From: an uncultured Bacteriovoracaceae bacterium
GTDB taxonomy: Bacteria > Bdellovibrionota > UBA2428
Length of the DNA: 64,000 nucleotides
Reading direction: 5' to 3'
Assembly: GCA_964477895.1 (NCBI GenBank)
Contig: CAYZFQ010000003.1
Span: 122,243-186,242 of the forward strand
Each line of letters starts with the position of its first letter. The first letter of the stretch is position 1. Positions 28,633 through 38,792 of the stretch are shown in pieces. Position numbers and translations under genes: made by a program. Below the pieces are notes generated by a model. The model was not told where the DNA came from. It saw only the letters and a program-made list of their open reading frames with translations, and searched no databases.

Positions 28633-28720
28633 ATTTTAACGAATGTGGGCCCCTCGTGCGCACAAATATATTTGAGGCCTTAACGCAAACTTAACTTGTT
28701 TTGGCCTAAACTAAGCCTCC

Positions 28721-31588
28721 ATGAAGATGATAGTTTCCTATCTCACGGGCCCTCTTTTCTTGGCAGGCTCCATTTTAGCTCAAGGGCAGACTTCCCTTCT
28801 CACGGGAAATGAGTCCTACAGAACCCTTGAGTCAGACCATATCAAATTGCGCTATCCCCTCGATCATGAGTATGCGGCCCGCCACTTCCTCACTCAGGCC
28901 GAAGACTACGTGACTCACCTCGAATCTCGAATCGGCTATAAATACCCTCGAGATATTGTGGTTTTTCTCACGGCCAGGCGCTTTCCCAATGCCTACGTGA
29001 CGGGGACTCTCCCGGGGATCGACAGTCACATCCTATTGCCCCTGGATTTAATCTATTCCGATCTTTTTATGGCGGGCTTTTCGGGTTCGGCCTTTGATAT
29101 TTTCGTGCATGAATTGGCCCACCACGCTCAGCTCGAAATGGGTCGCGGATTTTTTAATAAGATTTTAGGTCCCCTGATTCCCTTTGATTTTATCATGACA
29201 CCTTCTTGGGTTTGGGAGGGCTATGCCGTCTACCAAGAGTCCACAATAGCTGCGCCCTTTAAGGGTCGGCAACGAACTGCTTTTTTTGGCGCACTCTTAC
29301 AATCGGCACTCAAGGATGAAAAACGCGACCTCGTGCCTTTTGATTTCTATACCAAAAATAGAGATTGGATTTATTCGGGTGCAAGTCCTTATCTCATAGG
29401 TTCTACTTTTATAGATTTTTTGGGACGAAACTATGGTGACGCTAAAGTAAATGAGTTTATTCGCCGTACCTCAGAAATTACTTTTTCGAGTGATCTCAAA
29501 CACGTTTTTGGAAAAAGTTTTCGCGAGCTATTAGCAGATTTAAACCAAGAGCTTCGCGACTCTCCAGCCCAGGCCAAGGTCGATACCCAACGCTCAATTT
29601 ACTTTGATCATTCTGCGGACCTCGAAGCTCTAACACCTTTGCCCAATGGAAATACCCTGGTCTGGGAATCCAAAGAAGACAATAGCCCTCGGGTTTTGCT
29701 TTTGTCCCCAGAGGGGAAAATTTTAAATGAATGGAGTTGGAAGAAAGTCTTGCGCTCCCTTTACGCGCGTGAGTTGAGCGCCCCAGTAAAAGCCCATGCC
29801 AGCCTCGATGGTCGCGAAGTTTACTTTCATAGCTATGCTCCTTCGCGCGACCAAATCTCAATCGACGGAGTCTTTGCCTCCTTCAATGTAGAATCAGGAA
29901 GTCTTCGCATTTTGCGAAGTGAAGCCACATCTACGGCGGCATTTACAGATCCCAGTTCAGGGAGTTTTTGGCTTTTGAAAAAATCTCGCCCCAAGTCCTC
30001 AGCCCCCATTTACACCCTTGAGTTGGGAGAACTCGCACACCCCAACGCCCCCTTAAAAGTAGTCGCCACACTCAGTGGCCCCGAGCAAATTTCGGGCTTC
30101 AGCCTTTCTCCCGACTTAAAAACGGTGGCCCTCAGCGCCTATGTCAATAATAACTGGGACCTCTTTTTACTGGATTTGAATTCTGCACAGACCTCACTAA
30201 AAATGCTGACTCACACGCCGTCTCAAGAACTCATGCCCCAGTGGGTGGACCGATCCCTTTATTACCTTAGTGATGATTCCGGTCGTTACAATGTGAAGCA
30301 AATCGACCCCACCCGTCCGGAGGAAAGTTGCCAACTGAGCCAGGCGCCCTGGTTGGTCAAAGACTTTAATGTGAGTGCGGCCAGGCAACTTCAGTTTGTG
30401 CAACGAGAGGGCCGATTCTGGTCGGTAGATACCGATAACGGAGGATCTCGAGCTTGTAAAAAAATCTCAAACCAAAGCCCTTCGCCCGTCGCTGAAATTG
30501 CCCAAGCTCCGGGTGAGAGCTACCGAGAATCTCCCTTTAAAGTTTTTTGGCCTGTCACTCGAGTTCTTTTACCAGTGACCACTTACGACTCCTCGGGTGT
30601 GGGGTTTTTATTGGCGGGCGAAAGCCCTTATAAAAAATTCAGCTGGAACTTAGCCGGCTTTATTGGCAACCTGCCGCGCGAAAATAACTTTCAAGCGATG
30701 GCGCTCTACACGGGACTTGAACCCAACATTTTAGCCCTGACTTTTCGGCACGAACCAGGTTACCTTTATTCAGAGCGCCTACGACTGCGGGACGAGTCCT
30801 TTAGCACCACCACTCTCACCCTTATGGAACCTCTTTATAATCACACTTTTGAGTTCTCTCCTGTGCATCGCCGCGGAGGAGGTGAAGAAGACCAATTCGG
30901 AACGGTGCTGGCTCACTCTTTTGAAAGCGCGAGTATTCCTCGCCGCTCAGCGGGAGCTAGAAAGGGATTGATACTCTCAGAATCCGTATCCCTTTATCCC
31001 GACTCCTGGGGGAACCGCGATCCTTTGAATATTTATAATTTTGAACAGAATCTTTATTTACCACTGACTTTCTCCTCTCGAGATTCCTTTAGAATCAAAG
31101 CCGAGCAATTTTACGTGGACCGAAAATCTCGCGGAGTTGCCGGGATGATCTCAGGTCCGAGCCTTATCCAGGACTATGCTTGGTTGGGCGACCGGCTGAG
31201 CTTGGAAAGCACCAAAGAGCATGCCCGCATCACCGTGCTGGGCTTGGGTGATCTTTATTTCCGAGGCAACCGGGCTTGGGGATCAGAGCTCTCCTACAAA
31301 TTTGCTCTGGGCAAGCAAGACTACGGCACCCAGCATGTGTGGGATCGGCTTTGGTGGAATCCCCGCATTACAAATTTACGGGCCGGCCCCTTCATAGCGG
31401 GCGCGCAATTTGTGGGTGGCGAAAACACGAACAATCAGCTGCACGCCACCACGGGGGCCACTTTCGAATTCCAGTGGACGCTATTTGAGTTTTTACCCTT
31501 CCAAACCATGGTCTATGGCGCTCAGCGTCTCACCGATGACAAGAAATCAGACTTTGGTGGAGTCGTAGGACTTTATTTAGATTTCTAG
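28721..31588 (+). CDS. Large secreted outer-membrane protein: zincin-like HExxH domain + PD40/TolB-like beta-propeller repeats + C-terminal beta-barrel
   Basis: 955 aa. Signal peptide. HELAHH motif (FVHELAHHAQLE). Repeated segments resembling PD40 repeats. C-terminus ends ...GLYLDF, a terminal aromatic typical of OM barrels. Confidence 0.65.
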   Translation: MKMIVSYLTGPLFLAGSILAQGQTSLLTGNESYRTLESDHIKLRYPLDHEYAARHFLTQAEDYVTHLESRIGYKYPRDIVVFLTARRFPNAYVTGTLPGIDSHILLPLDLIYSDLFMAGFSGSAFDIFVHELAHHAQLEMGRGFFNKILGPLIPFDFIMTPSWVWEGYAVYQESTIAAPFKGRQRTAFFGALLQSALKDEKRDLVPFDFYTKNRDWIYSGASPYLIGSTFIDFLGRNYGDAKVNEFIRRTSEITFSSDLKHVFGKSFRELLADLNQELRDSPAQAKVDTQRSIYFDHSADLEALTPLPNGNTLVWESKEDNSPRVLLLSPEGKILNEWSWKKVLRSLYARELSAPVKAHASLDGREVYFHSYAPSRDQISIDGVFASFNVESGSLRILRSEATSTAAFTDPSSGSFWLLKKSRPKSSAPIYTLELGELAHPNAPLKVVATLSGPEQISGFSLSPDLKTVALSAYVNNNWDLFLLDLNSAQTSLKMLTHTPSQELMPQWVDRSLYYLSDDSGRYNVKQIDPTRPEESCQLSQAPWLVKDFNVSAARQLQFVQREGRFWSVDTDNGGSRACKKISNQSPSPVAEIAQAPGESYRESPFKVFWPVTRVLLPVTTYDSSGVGFLLAGESPYKKFSWNLAGFIGNLPRENNFQAMALYTGLEPNILALTFRHEPGYLYSERLRLRDESFSTTTLTLMEPLYNHTFEFSPVHRRGGGEEDQFGTVLAHSFESASIPRRSAGARKGLILSESVSLYPDSWGNRDPLNIYNFEQNLYLPLTFSSRDSFRIKAEQFYVDRKSRGVAGMISGPSLIQDYAWLGDRLSLESTKEHARITVLGLGDLYFRGNRAWGSELSYKFALGKQDYGTQHVWDRLWWNPRITNLRAGPFIAGAQFVGGENTNNQLHATTGATFEFQWTLFEFLPFQTMVYGAQRLTDDKKSDFGGVVGLYLDF

Positions 31589-31992
31589 CTCGCTGCACTG
31601 AGCACGGCGCATGAGCGCGTAGTGTCATTTTGCAAGAATATGATTTTCTAGCCTTTTACTCGCCGCATTTTGACGACAATTTTTAAGGAGACTCAAGGTT
31701 TAGTTATATTTAAGTTTTACTCTCGCAGCCGACCTGATTTTGAATTGACTCGTCGCACTTAGTGCGCAAAACAACTCCTCGCAGCATGTAAGCGGTACGT
31801 CTGTGAACAGGCTGCTGGTAGTGATTCACTTCGGGAGCTTCCTTCGTTCGCTCCCCCTCCCCTCCCCCCCCTTCCGAGGTGAGTCACTCCTTTCAATTTT
31901 AATCCCCAAAAAATTTAGAGCATGGCGGCACAAGTGGAATTTTATGAGTTGCCGACTTGCCAGGATATTTTGAGAATGGTTATCATTTTCTC

Positions 31993-32286
31993 ATGAGCCA
32001 CGCACCCAAAGTTAATTCCACTTCCAACTGTCTTTCTCTCATTGCCGAAGGAGAAGACCTGCGCGCCCAAATTCATGAGTGCGGGAGTCTGCAGATCCAC
32101 TTGGGTCCGATGAGCCTGCGCTTTTCCGAGAAAAGCTTTGAGAGATACCTAAGATTTTTGGAAAAGCTCTGGCTGCGGGTTGAGGAACGCAAGGCCGGCT
32201 TGCAAGGCGAAGGACCTGATGATCCCAGCCAAATGCCGATGCGACTACAAAAGTTTGCTCGAATGCTCGCGGGGGATGAAGCTTAA
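31993..32286 (+). CDS. Hypothetical small protein (start uncertain)
   Basis: ORF upstream of tRNA-Arg. The ORF track begins at TTG 31957, while the first ATG is 31993. No clear SD. Weak call. Confidence 0.3.
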   Translation: MSHAPKVNSTSNCLSLIAEGEDLRAQIHECGSLQIHLGPMSLRFSEKSFERYLRFLEKLWLRVEERKAGLQGEGPDDPSQMPMRLQKFARMLAGDEA

Positions 32287-32321
32287 TTTCTTTTTTGCTA
32301 TAGCTAGGGGGTCCGCAAGGG

Positions 32322-32398
32322 GCGCCCGTAGCTCAGCTGGATAGAGCACCTGATTTCTAATCAGGTGGTCGGAGGTTCGAGCCCTCCCGGGCGCACCA
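32322..32398 (+). tRNA. tRNA-Arg (anticodon TCT), CCA encoded
   Basis: Cloverleaf components: acceptor GCGCCCG/CGGGCGC; D-arm GCTC-AGCTGGATA-GAGC; anticodon arm CCTGA-TTTCTAA-TCAGG (TCT); T-arm GGAGG-TTCGAGC-CCTCC; 3' ACCA. Confidence 0.9.
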
Positions 32399-32422
32399 GC
32401 TTTAATCCGTGGGCCGAGGAAA

Positions 32423-32866
32423 CTAGGCACTAATTTTCTTAACCAAAGCGTAGGCCCGCTCTTTCCAGTTTTCTCGCCGATAAAACTTCATACCCGCTTC
32501 ATTCTCGATAACACAGCAAAGCCTAAGAACGGGAAGCTTAAGTTCCCGAGCAATTTTTTCGGCGTGCCTGAGTAAGGCGGCACCAATTCCCCGAGAACGG
32601 GAATTAGCGTCTGTTACCAAGTCATCAATGTAGAGGTGAGCCCCTCTTACCAGGTCCGTGTAAACTCGAGTGCTAACAAGTCCGAGTGCTTTGTTTTTTT
32701 CCATATAGGCCCAAAGTCGATAATTTTCCTGGGCCATAGCCAGAGCGAGTTCCCCAAACTGCTTCCTATCCAAATGAGTTCTCAACTGTTTCATTATGGG
32801 ATAGGCGAAATCGAGATCGTTGGAATTCCTCAGATCAACCTCGATTATATTTTCGCTTGAAAGCAT
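32423..32866 (-). CDS. GNAT family N-acetyltransferase
   Basis: Acetyl-CoA binding motif region (RSRGIGAALLRHAEKIA...). Confidence 0.8.
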   Translation of the reverse strand: MLSSENIIEVDLRNSNDLDFAYPIMKQLRTHLDRKQFGELALAMAQENYRLWAYMEKNKALGLVSTRVYTDLVRGAHLYIDDLVTDANSRSRGIGAALLRHAEKIARELKLPVLRLCCVIENEAGMKFYRRENWKERAYALVKKISA

Positions 32867-32925
32867 AGGTAGAAATTAACATAGAGAAAGCGAGGCATCT
32901 AATGGCTTTTCACCCTCCCAAAGAA

Positions 32926-33837
32926 CTACCCAACTAAGGAGCCCAGGCACACGGCAATGTAACCCAGCAGGAGCACGTTCAAAACCAAAATCAAAGCGAG
33001 GGGAGGAAATATGATCATTAAAGGAAGCATTAAAAAACTTATCACCAACAAAGCAAAAAACAGACCCACTAGAAGAGCCATGAACATTCCAATTTGAGCA
33101 AGCTCTTGAACAGCTTCCTCGGTAGCGCGCAAGACATCCTCAACCTTAGCCTTTTCTGACTGTGCTTTCCTCTCAAGATTTCCCAAGGCAGTACGAGCCG
33201 CCTCAACACTTGTAGCTCCAGTAGGAAAGAGCGGCTTAAGGACAACTTCAAGTTCACGCACGCACTCCTCTAGCTCAGCGCGATTGCCATGCAGGTTCTT
33301 TACGATCGCTATCCCCAACCACATAATCTCGGCACGCTTAGGGGAATCAGAAGTTGCCCGCCGCTTTCTACCAAATTCCTCTATAGCGTTTAGCGCGGGC
33401 TTTAATGCGTTGTTGAGTCTTGTAAGAAAGGGCTTCAAATCAACAAGTCCTAAAGAATGAAGAATCTGTCCGCTCTCACGACTTACAAAAGCTCCCTGCA
33501 CACCTTCCAGTTCATCATTTTGATAATTAAAAATTAAACTGTAATCGACCGGAGCTTTTTTCATCTCAAATCGAATGCCCTCAAGCTTCTTATCGGAAGA
33601 AAAAGAAACCCGAGCTCGAAAAGGTTCTACGGGCTGAGAAGCCTTGCCTTTATCCTTTGATGCAGAAACAATGGAAAGGGCGCGATTAAGCAAGACTTCG
33701 ACTTGGGCGAGCTCTTCGCTTTCAAAACTTTGGAAGGCCTTCCCTAAGGGCACGGCGGCAGCGGCGGTTGGAGGAGAAACTAGAAAGAAAAAAAGTAGAC
33801 TTAAATAGGGCAAAGATCGGCGCGAAAAATAGCTCAT
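32926..33837 (-). CDS. Hypothetical protein with signal peptide and C-terminal double TM anchor
   Basis: N-terminal signal peptide (LSLLFFFLVSPPTAAAA). Central coiled-coil-like region. Two C-terminal hydrophobic helices. Confidence 0.55.
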   Translation of the reverse strand: MSYFSRRSLPYLSLLFFFLVSPPTAAAAVPLGKAFQSFESEELAQVEVLLNRALSIVSASKDKGKASQPVEPFRARVSFSSDKKLEGIRFEMKKAPVDYSLIFNYQNDELEGVQGAFVSRESGQILHSLGLVDLKPFLTRLNNALKPALNAIEEFGRKRRATSDSPKRAEIMWLGIAIVKNLHGNRAELEECVRELEVVLKPLFPTGATSVEAARTALGNLERKAQSEKAKVEDVLRATEEAVQELAQIGMFMALLVGLFFALLVISFLMLPLMIIFPPLALILVLNVLLLGYIAVCLGSLVG

Positions 33838-33913
33838 CTCTCACACCTAGCACGGTGCGTTATTTTTTTCATTAAAAATGGAATGCCCAGGATACCTAAG
33901 AAAAGCCGCTTTT

Positions 33914-35152
33914 TTACTGCACCACGCCTGCAGCCCCATCATTAGCTGAACTCGGATAACCAATCCCACCCGTAACCGTTGTGGACGCGCAAGAAGAAGT
34001 CGCATCGATTGTAATCGTTCCGCCAGCTCCACCCATGTTAGATGCTTCCACTCCCCCTACGACCATCGAGCCCCCAATTGCATTACAACCCGCTGAAACA
34101 GTCGTTCCATCATTTAGGGTAATGGCGCCAGCAGCTCCACCCAAAGTGCGTCCTGAGGGCGCAAACATAGAAGCTCCCGAAGACCCACTGCCCCCACCTG
34201 AGGAATCCAGGACGGCTCCTGATGACGATGTCGCAATAATGGAGCCACCACTGCCACCCGCTCCCTGGCCATAGCCATCAATGTTATTGCCATAGGCCCA
34301 TGATAGGAGGCCCGAAGATCCACCAGTCCCCCCCAGTGTATCGACCTCCGTAAACACGACGTTAACTAAAGTAACCGAGCCCGCACTCCCGCCAGCGCCT
34401 CCATTGGCCTTATGGTCGGGAGTAACTATCATATTGTTGCTAATATAGGCCGCTCCACCGGAGCCCCCACTGCCGCCACCGGCATTAACAATGTATACAG
34501 TCACACCACTGAGCACAATCGTGCCTCCGTTTCCTCCAGCACCACCATCCCCACCCATAAAAGGAACTGAGTTATCCCAGTAAGAGGTGTCCCCATTTCC
34601 ACCGGCACCTCCGTTACCACCCATCGAGTAAATCGACCCAAAAGTGACGGTGCCATTGGAAGTCAAAGTAATGTTGTGCGCATTGGAGGCTGCTCCACCG
34701 TCATCTCCTGAAAAAACCCAGTTCACCCCGCCAGAAAATCCGTCACCGCCATTAGCGGTCACATTTCCAATTTTACTATTTGCTCCCAGTCCTCGAAAAA
34801 TCACATTTTCCCCGAAATTCCCACCCAGTACGACATCTCCAAAATCCCCACCGCCCGCATCTCCCACATCAATAATCGCAGGGAGCTGTGCCGTAGGGAC
34901 GAGGGCTGTGGCGGCGTCAAAGGCTGCCTGGGCTGTGAGAAAGGGCTTGTTGATGTTATCGACCTCGGCCGTGCCATCGTCTCCTGATAATCGCAGATAG
35001 ACACGAGTACCCACTAATGCCGAGCCTGAAGACGTAGTCTCACCTGTCGAGTTATTGGAAGTACGGGGTAAGTCTAAGATCATAGCCGTACACGAGCTAA
35101 GCGCCCATGCCAAAATAGGCTGGATAATCTTAAAGGAATTTAATTTCCGCAC
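33914..35152 (-). CDS. Glycine-rich repeat lipoprotein (GGxGGxGG beta-helix-like repeats)
   Basis: Lipobox ALSSC. More than 25 Gly-rich repeats (GGNGGAGGNG, GGDGGAGGNGG, GGSGGSGG). The DNA is correspondingly repetitive and GC-rich. Antisense ORFs in the ORF track here are repeat artefacts. Confidence 0.6.
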   Translation of the reverse strand: MRKLNSFKIIQPILAWALSSCTAMILDLPRTSNNSTGETTSSGSALVGTRVYLRLSGDDGTAEVDNINKPFLTAQAAFDAATALVPTAQLPAIIDVGDAGGGDFGDVVLGGNFGENVIFRGLGANSKIGNVTANGGDGFSGGVNWVFSGDDGGAASNAHNITLTSNGTVTFGSIYSMGGNGGAGGNGDTSYWDNSVPFMGGDGGAGGNGGTIVLSGVTVYIVNAGGGSGGSGGAAYISNNMIVTPDHKANGGAGGSAGSVTLVNVVFTEVDTLGGTGGSSGLLSWAYGNNIDGYGQGAGGSGGSIIATSSSGAVLDSSGGGSGSSGASMFAPSGRTLGGAAGAITLNDGTTVSAGCNAIGGSMVVGGVEASNMGGAGGTITIDATSSCASTTVTGGIGYPSSANDGAAGVVQ

Positions 35153-35320
35153 AATCTAAAGTCTACGCTAAATGATAGTGGTAATTGTTAAGATTGAGAA
35201 AAGAAGATGGAAGTGTTGGGTTAAGGTCCTCCCTTAATAATCCTAAATTAGGCCCCATTACTTTGACCCCAGCCCCAAGCTTAGGGCAAAAACATAGCAA
35301 CTATTTTCTATAGGAGTTTT

Positions 35321-37432
35321 ATGAAAATTTTTCGCACTCAACTTTTGCTCTCGGCGTCCTTAGTCCTTGGAGGACAAAAACTGAGTGCCGAAGAGGGCAT
35401 GTGGACCTTCGACAACCTCCCTCTTTCCCAACTTGAAAGTTCTTATGGCTTCACTCCCTCAGCGGATTGGATCACAAATGTAAAAAATTCCTTGGTGCGA
35501 ATCAGCTCGGGAGGAACCGGATCTTTTGTTTCAAAAAACGGCCTTGTGATGACCAACTGGCATGTGGCCCAAGGTCCCCTTCAAAAGATCTCCAGCCCCG
35601 ATAACGATCTGATGACCAAAGGTTTTTATGCCGCCCTTTTGGCTGACGAGAAGCAGGTCCCCAACCTCTACATCGATCAATTGCGCTCCATCACGGATGT
35701 CACCGCCCGAGTTGCGGCGGCCATCGCAGGAGCCACCGATGAGACGGAAGAAAATCGTTTGCGTAATGCGGAACTTGAAGAGATTCAAAGTGAACACCAA
35801 GCCAGCACTGGCGAAATTGGGGAAGTAGTGACCCTGTACAAAGGTGGACAATATCACCTCTACGGTTACAAACGCTTCACTGATGTGCGAATGGTCTTTG
35901 CGCCCGAAAAGACGATGGGCTTTTTTGGTGGAGACGAAGATAACTTTGAATACCCACGATTTGTTCTAGATATTGCTATGCTGCGGGTCTACGAAAACGG
36001 AGTACCGGCCCAGGTTTCTAACTTTTTGCCCATTTCAGAAAAGGGTCCGCAAAAAGATGACCTGCAATTTGTAGTGGGAAACCCAGGCAAAACAAGCCGC
36101 CTTCTCACTCATGCCGCGTTGATGGATGAAAAATATCACCGACTTCCTCTTTCCTTAGAAATTCTAAATCGAAATCTTAAAACTCTGGATAGCTACAGCG
36201 AACGTTCTCCTGAGGCCCTGCGCCAAGCCGAAGCCAAACGATTTAGCGTTTCAAATTCACTTAAGGTGAGCCTTGGAAAAGAAAAGCTTTTGGATGAAAG
36301 CATTTTGGCGGCAAAACTTGCCAGCGAAACAGCCTTAAAAGCCCGAGTCTTCACCGATGAAGCTTTGTCATCGGAACTGGGGGCCTGGACCGAAGTAGAG
36401 AGAACCGTTTCTATTCTCCAAGACCTTCGCCTCCCCCACGCTCTTTTTGAGGAAGGCAGCGCCTTTGACACTCGATTTTTCGGCTGGGCCCGCAAGCTCG
36501 TGCGTGCGGCTCGCGAAAAACAACTACCCGAAGACCAACGTTTACCAGAGTATGGGACATCGCAATTGCCCAAACTCGAGCGAGATTTATTTTCGGAAGA
36601 ACCTATTTATCCAGAACTTGAGCAGGCCACTTTGGCGGCAAGCCTTGAGTTCTTAAAATTAAAATTGCCAGAGCACGCGCTGACTCAAGAAATTTTAGGC
36701 GATGTGAGCCCCGAGCAGCGGGCCGAGGAAATGATTAGAACAACTCGCTTGCGTGAAATTAGCGTTCGCCGAGAAATTTATACTGGGGGCACCGAAGCCT
36801 TAGCTCGCTATGCTTCCGACCCGCTTATTAAACTTGCGACTCAAGTTGATGAGACTTCAAGATCATTGCGCAAACGCTTAGAGACAAGGGTAAAGGTACC
36901 CACGGAGCGCGCTTACAAACGCATCACCCGGGTTCTTTTTGCCTACAACGGAGCCAGCATCTATCCAGATGCCACTTTCTCTCCTCGGCTAAGCTTTGGT
37001 TCCGTAAAGGGCTACGTCCAAGACGGTGTGCCTCTAAAAGAAAACACCGTGATTGGCGGTGCCTTTGCTCATGAAACAGCCCATGGTGCTAGGGAATTTT
37101 TCCAGCTCCCTGCCAGCTGGCATGCGGCCCGTTCTCAGTTGAATATGGACACTCCACTCAACTATGTCACAACTAACGATATCATTGGAGGTAACTCCGG
37201 CAGTGCTGTCGTGGATCGAGATGGCTATTTTGCCGGGATCGTATTCGACGGCAATCGCTACGGAATTTTGGGCGATTACCACTACCGCATTGATGACAAC
37301 CGAGGAATCTCCGTGCACTCAGCGGGAATTCTAGAAGCCTTACGAAAAGTTTATAAAACAGAGCGCATCTTGGCTGAGTTCTCCATTAAGGGTCGTAGTT
37401 CAAGTAACCCGTGCTCAAATAAGCTGAAGTAG
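35321..37432 (+). CDS. S46-family dipeptidyl-peptidase (DPP7/DPP11-like serine peptidase)
   Basis: Signal peptide. N-terminal S46 signature EGMWTFDNLP and TNWHV (catalytic His). GGNSGSAV (catalytic Ser). About 700 aa with a helical insert. TAGGAG SD. Confidence 0.85.
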   Translation: MKIFRTQLLLSASLVLGGQKLSAEEGMWTFDNLPLSQLESSYGFTPSADWITNVKNSLVRISSGGTGSFVSKNGLVMTNWHVAQGPLQKISSPDNDLMTKGFYAALLADEKQVPNLYIDQLRSITDVTARVAAAIAGATDETEENRLRNAELEEIQSEHQASTGEIGEVVTLYKGGQYHLYGYKRFTDVRMVFAPEKTMGFFGGDEDNFEYPRFVLDIAMLRVYENGVPAQVSNFLPISEKGPQKDDLQFVVGNPGKTSRLLTHAALMDEKYHRLPLSLEILNRNLKTLDSYSERSPEALRQAEAKRFSVSNSLKVSLGKEKLLDESILAAKLASETALKARVFTDEALSSELGAWTEVERTVSILQDLRLPHALFEEGSAFDTRFFGWARKLVRAAREKQLPEDQRLPEYGTSQLPKLERDLFSEEPIYPELEQATLAASLEFLKLKLPEHALTQEILGDVSPEQRAEEMIRTTRLREISVRREIYTGGTEALARYASDPLIKLATQVDETSRSLRKRLETRVKVPTERAYKRITRVLFAYNGASIYPDATFSPRLSFGSVKGYVQDGVPLKENTVIGGAFAHETAHGAREFFQLPASWHAARSQLNMDTPLNYVTTNDIIGGNSGSAVVDRDGYFAGIVFDGNRYGILGDYHYRIDDNRGISVHSAGILEALRKVYKTERILAEFSIKGRSSSNPCSNKLK

Positions 37433-37436
37433 AAAA

Positions 37437-37467
37437 GGCGCCTGGCGCTTTCTCAGGTAGGCGGTGC
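37437..37467 (+). terminator. Terminator-like module (copy B of 3-copy repeat)
   Basis: GGCGCCTGGCGC then TTTCTCAGGTAGGCGGTGC, 5 nt after the stop of the S46 peptidase gene. Reverse-complement orientation relative to copies A and C. Confidence 0.45.
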
Positions 37468-37525
37468 ATTAATTGACGCGGTGGGTGTACCTAAATGAAG
37501 CAGGCGCCTGCTAACTGATCTGGAG

Positions 37526-38788
37526 ATGCAAGACTTTGTGAGGCGATGTCCAAGGGGGTCGCTTTTTTTATTTTTTGTTTTTTGGATGGGGCTGAGATCC
37601 TGGAGCCGATGGTCGCAGGCCATCCTGTGGGCCGAGGATGCCCCCCTCTTTCTTGGTGAGGCTATTAGCCGAGGTGCTCTAGGTCTTTTTGAATCTTACC
37701 GGGGCTATTATCATTTCCTACCTAAGCTTTTGTCATGGCTCTCTCTGCATTTGTTCGGCATTGAGAACTTTGGAATCTCTACCAACATCGCAGGCATTCT
37801 TATTTTTTGCGCCGTACTGGCTCAGCTTGCATCCGACGACTACTCAGAAATTTTTGGCAATTTGCGCTCCCGCATAACCTTTGCACTGGGCCTTAGTTTT
37901 GTTCCTGGATTAGGAGAAGTCCTGGGAAACCCCACCAATTTACATTGGGTTCTCACTCTTAGCCTAGGCCTTCTTGGTCTAAAAAATCGTCATCACATTT
38001 ATACTTACCGTGCCTATCTTTGGATTTTTCTGGTTGGTGCTTCGGCCGGGGAAGCCCTTTGCTTTGTCCCACTCTTTGCCTTTCGGTGGTGGAAAACCCA
38101 GCTCCCCCGAAAAATCACCCTAGTCCTTCCTGTAGCCATTCTTCTTTTTTGGGGGCTCATGAACTTTATCGTGCGCGACCGAGGTGGCGAAGCTCAAAAC
38201 CTCAACATCCACCTCCTGCTAAAAAGTTTTCCCCACAGCCTCATCAACTACCTCGTTCTTCAACCTTTGGTGGGCGACAAAATGACTGAAATCTTCGCGG
38301 AGCATATTTCTATTTTGTATTGGATCGTAGGCTTAGGAGGAGTTCTTTACGCACTAAATTGGAGCCGGCGAACTCAGAAGAATTCCCAACATCTTTGGGT
38401 CTACGTCCTTTGCGCCTACGGGGTTTTGGCTTTGATGTGGATTGCCCGCCAAGATGCGGCAAACTTTTTTGCGCTCATGAAACGTGAAGTTTATTACTCG
38501 TGGCTGCGATATAGCTTTTTGATTGGTGCTGCCGCGTTTATTGCTTGGGCCTATATCATCGCCCATAGTGGAAGAAATTATTCCCAGCGCCGACTCACCA
38601 TTTTCGTGGGAATTTACGCCTTGCTAGCCCTCCCTCGCTGGGAAATTCGAACACCCATGCCAGGCCTTTCTTTTCGCACGCAAATAAAAAATCATCAACC
38701 GCCCCAGTGTGGGGGCAGCAGCACACTTCACACCTACCCCCCGAGTTGGCAGGTAGAAATTCCCAATTCTTTCCTCTGCACAAAATAA
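37526..38788 (+). CDS. Polytopic integral membrane protein, function unknown
   Basis: About 420 aa with 10 or more predicted TM helices. The start may be the internal Met at 37586. Confidence 0.6.
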   Translation: MQDFVRRCPRGSLFLFFVFWMGLRSWSRWSQAILWAEDAPLFLGEAISRGALGLFESYRGYYHFLPKLLSWLSLHLFGIENFGISTNIAGILIFCAVLAQLASDDYSEIFGNLRSRITFALGLSFVPGLGEVLGNPTNLHWVLTLSLGLLGLKNRHHIYTYRAYLWIFLVGASAGEALCFVPLFAFRWWKTQLPRKITLVLPVAILLFWGLMNFIVRDRGGEAQNLNIHLLLKSFPHSLINYLVLQPLVGDKMTEIFAEHISILYWIVGLGGVLYALNWSRRTQKNSQHLWVYVLCAYGVLALMWIARQDAANFFALMKREVYYSWLRYSFLIGAAAFIAWAYIIAHSGRNYSQRRLTIFVGIYALLALPRWEIRTPMPGLSFRTQIKNHQPPQCGGSSTLHTYPPSWQVEIPNSFLCTK

Positions 38789-38792
38789 CGCT

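Noticed and set aside
32245-32430. 61-aa minus-strand ORF overlapping tRNA-Arg
   Set aside because: It is the antisense of a well-formed tRNA gene with all four arms. There is no RBS.
33981-35000. Plus-strand Pro-rich ORFs (97 and 118 aa) within the Gly-rich lipoprotein gene
   Set aside because: Reverse-complement reading of GGN-rich repeats yields Pro/Ala-rich artefactual frames. The minus-strand gene has a lipoprotein signal and a coherent repeat architecture.
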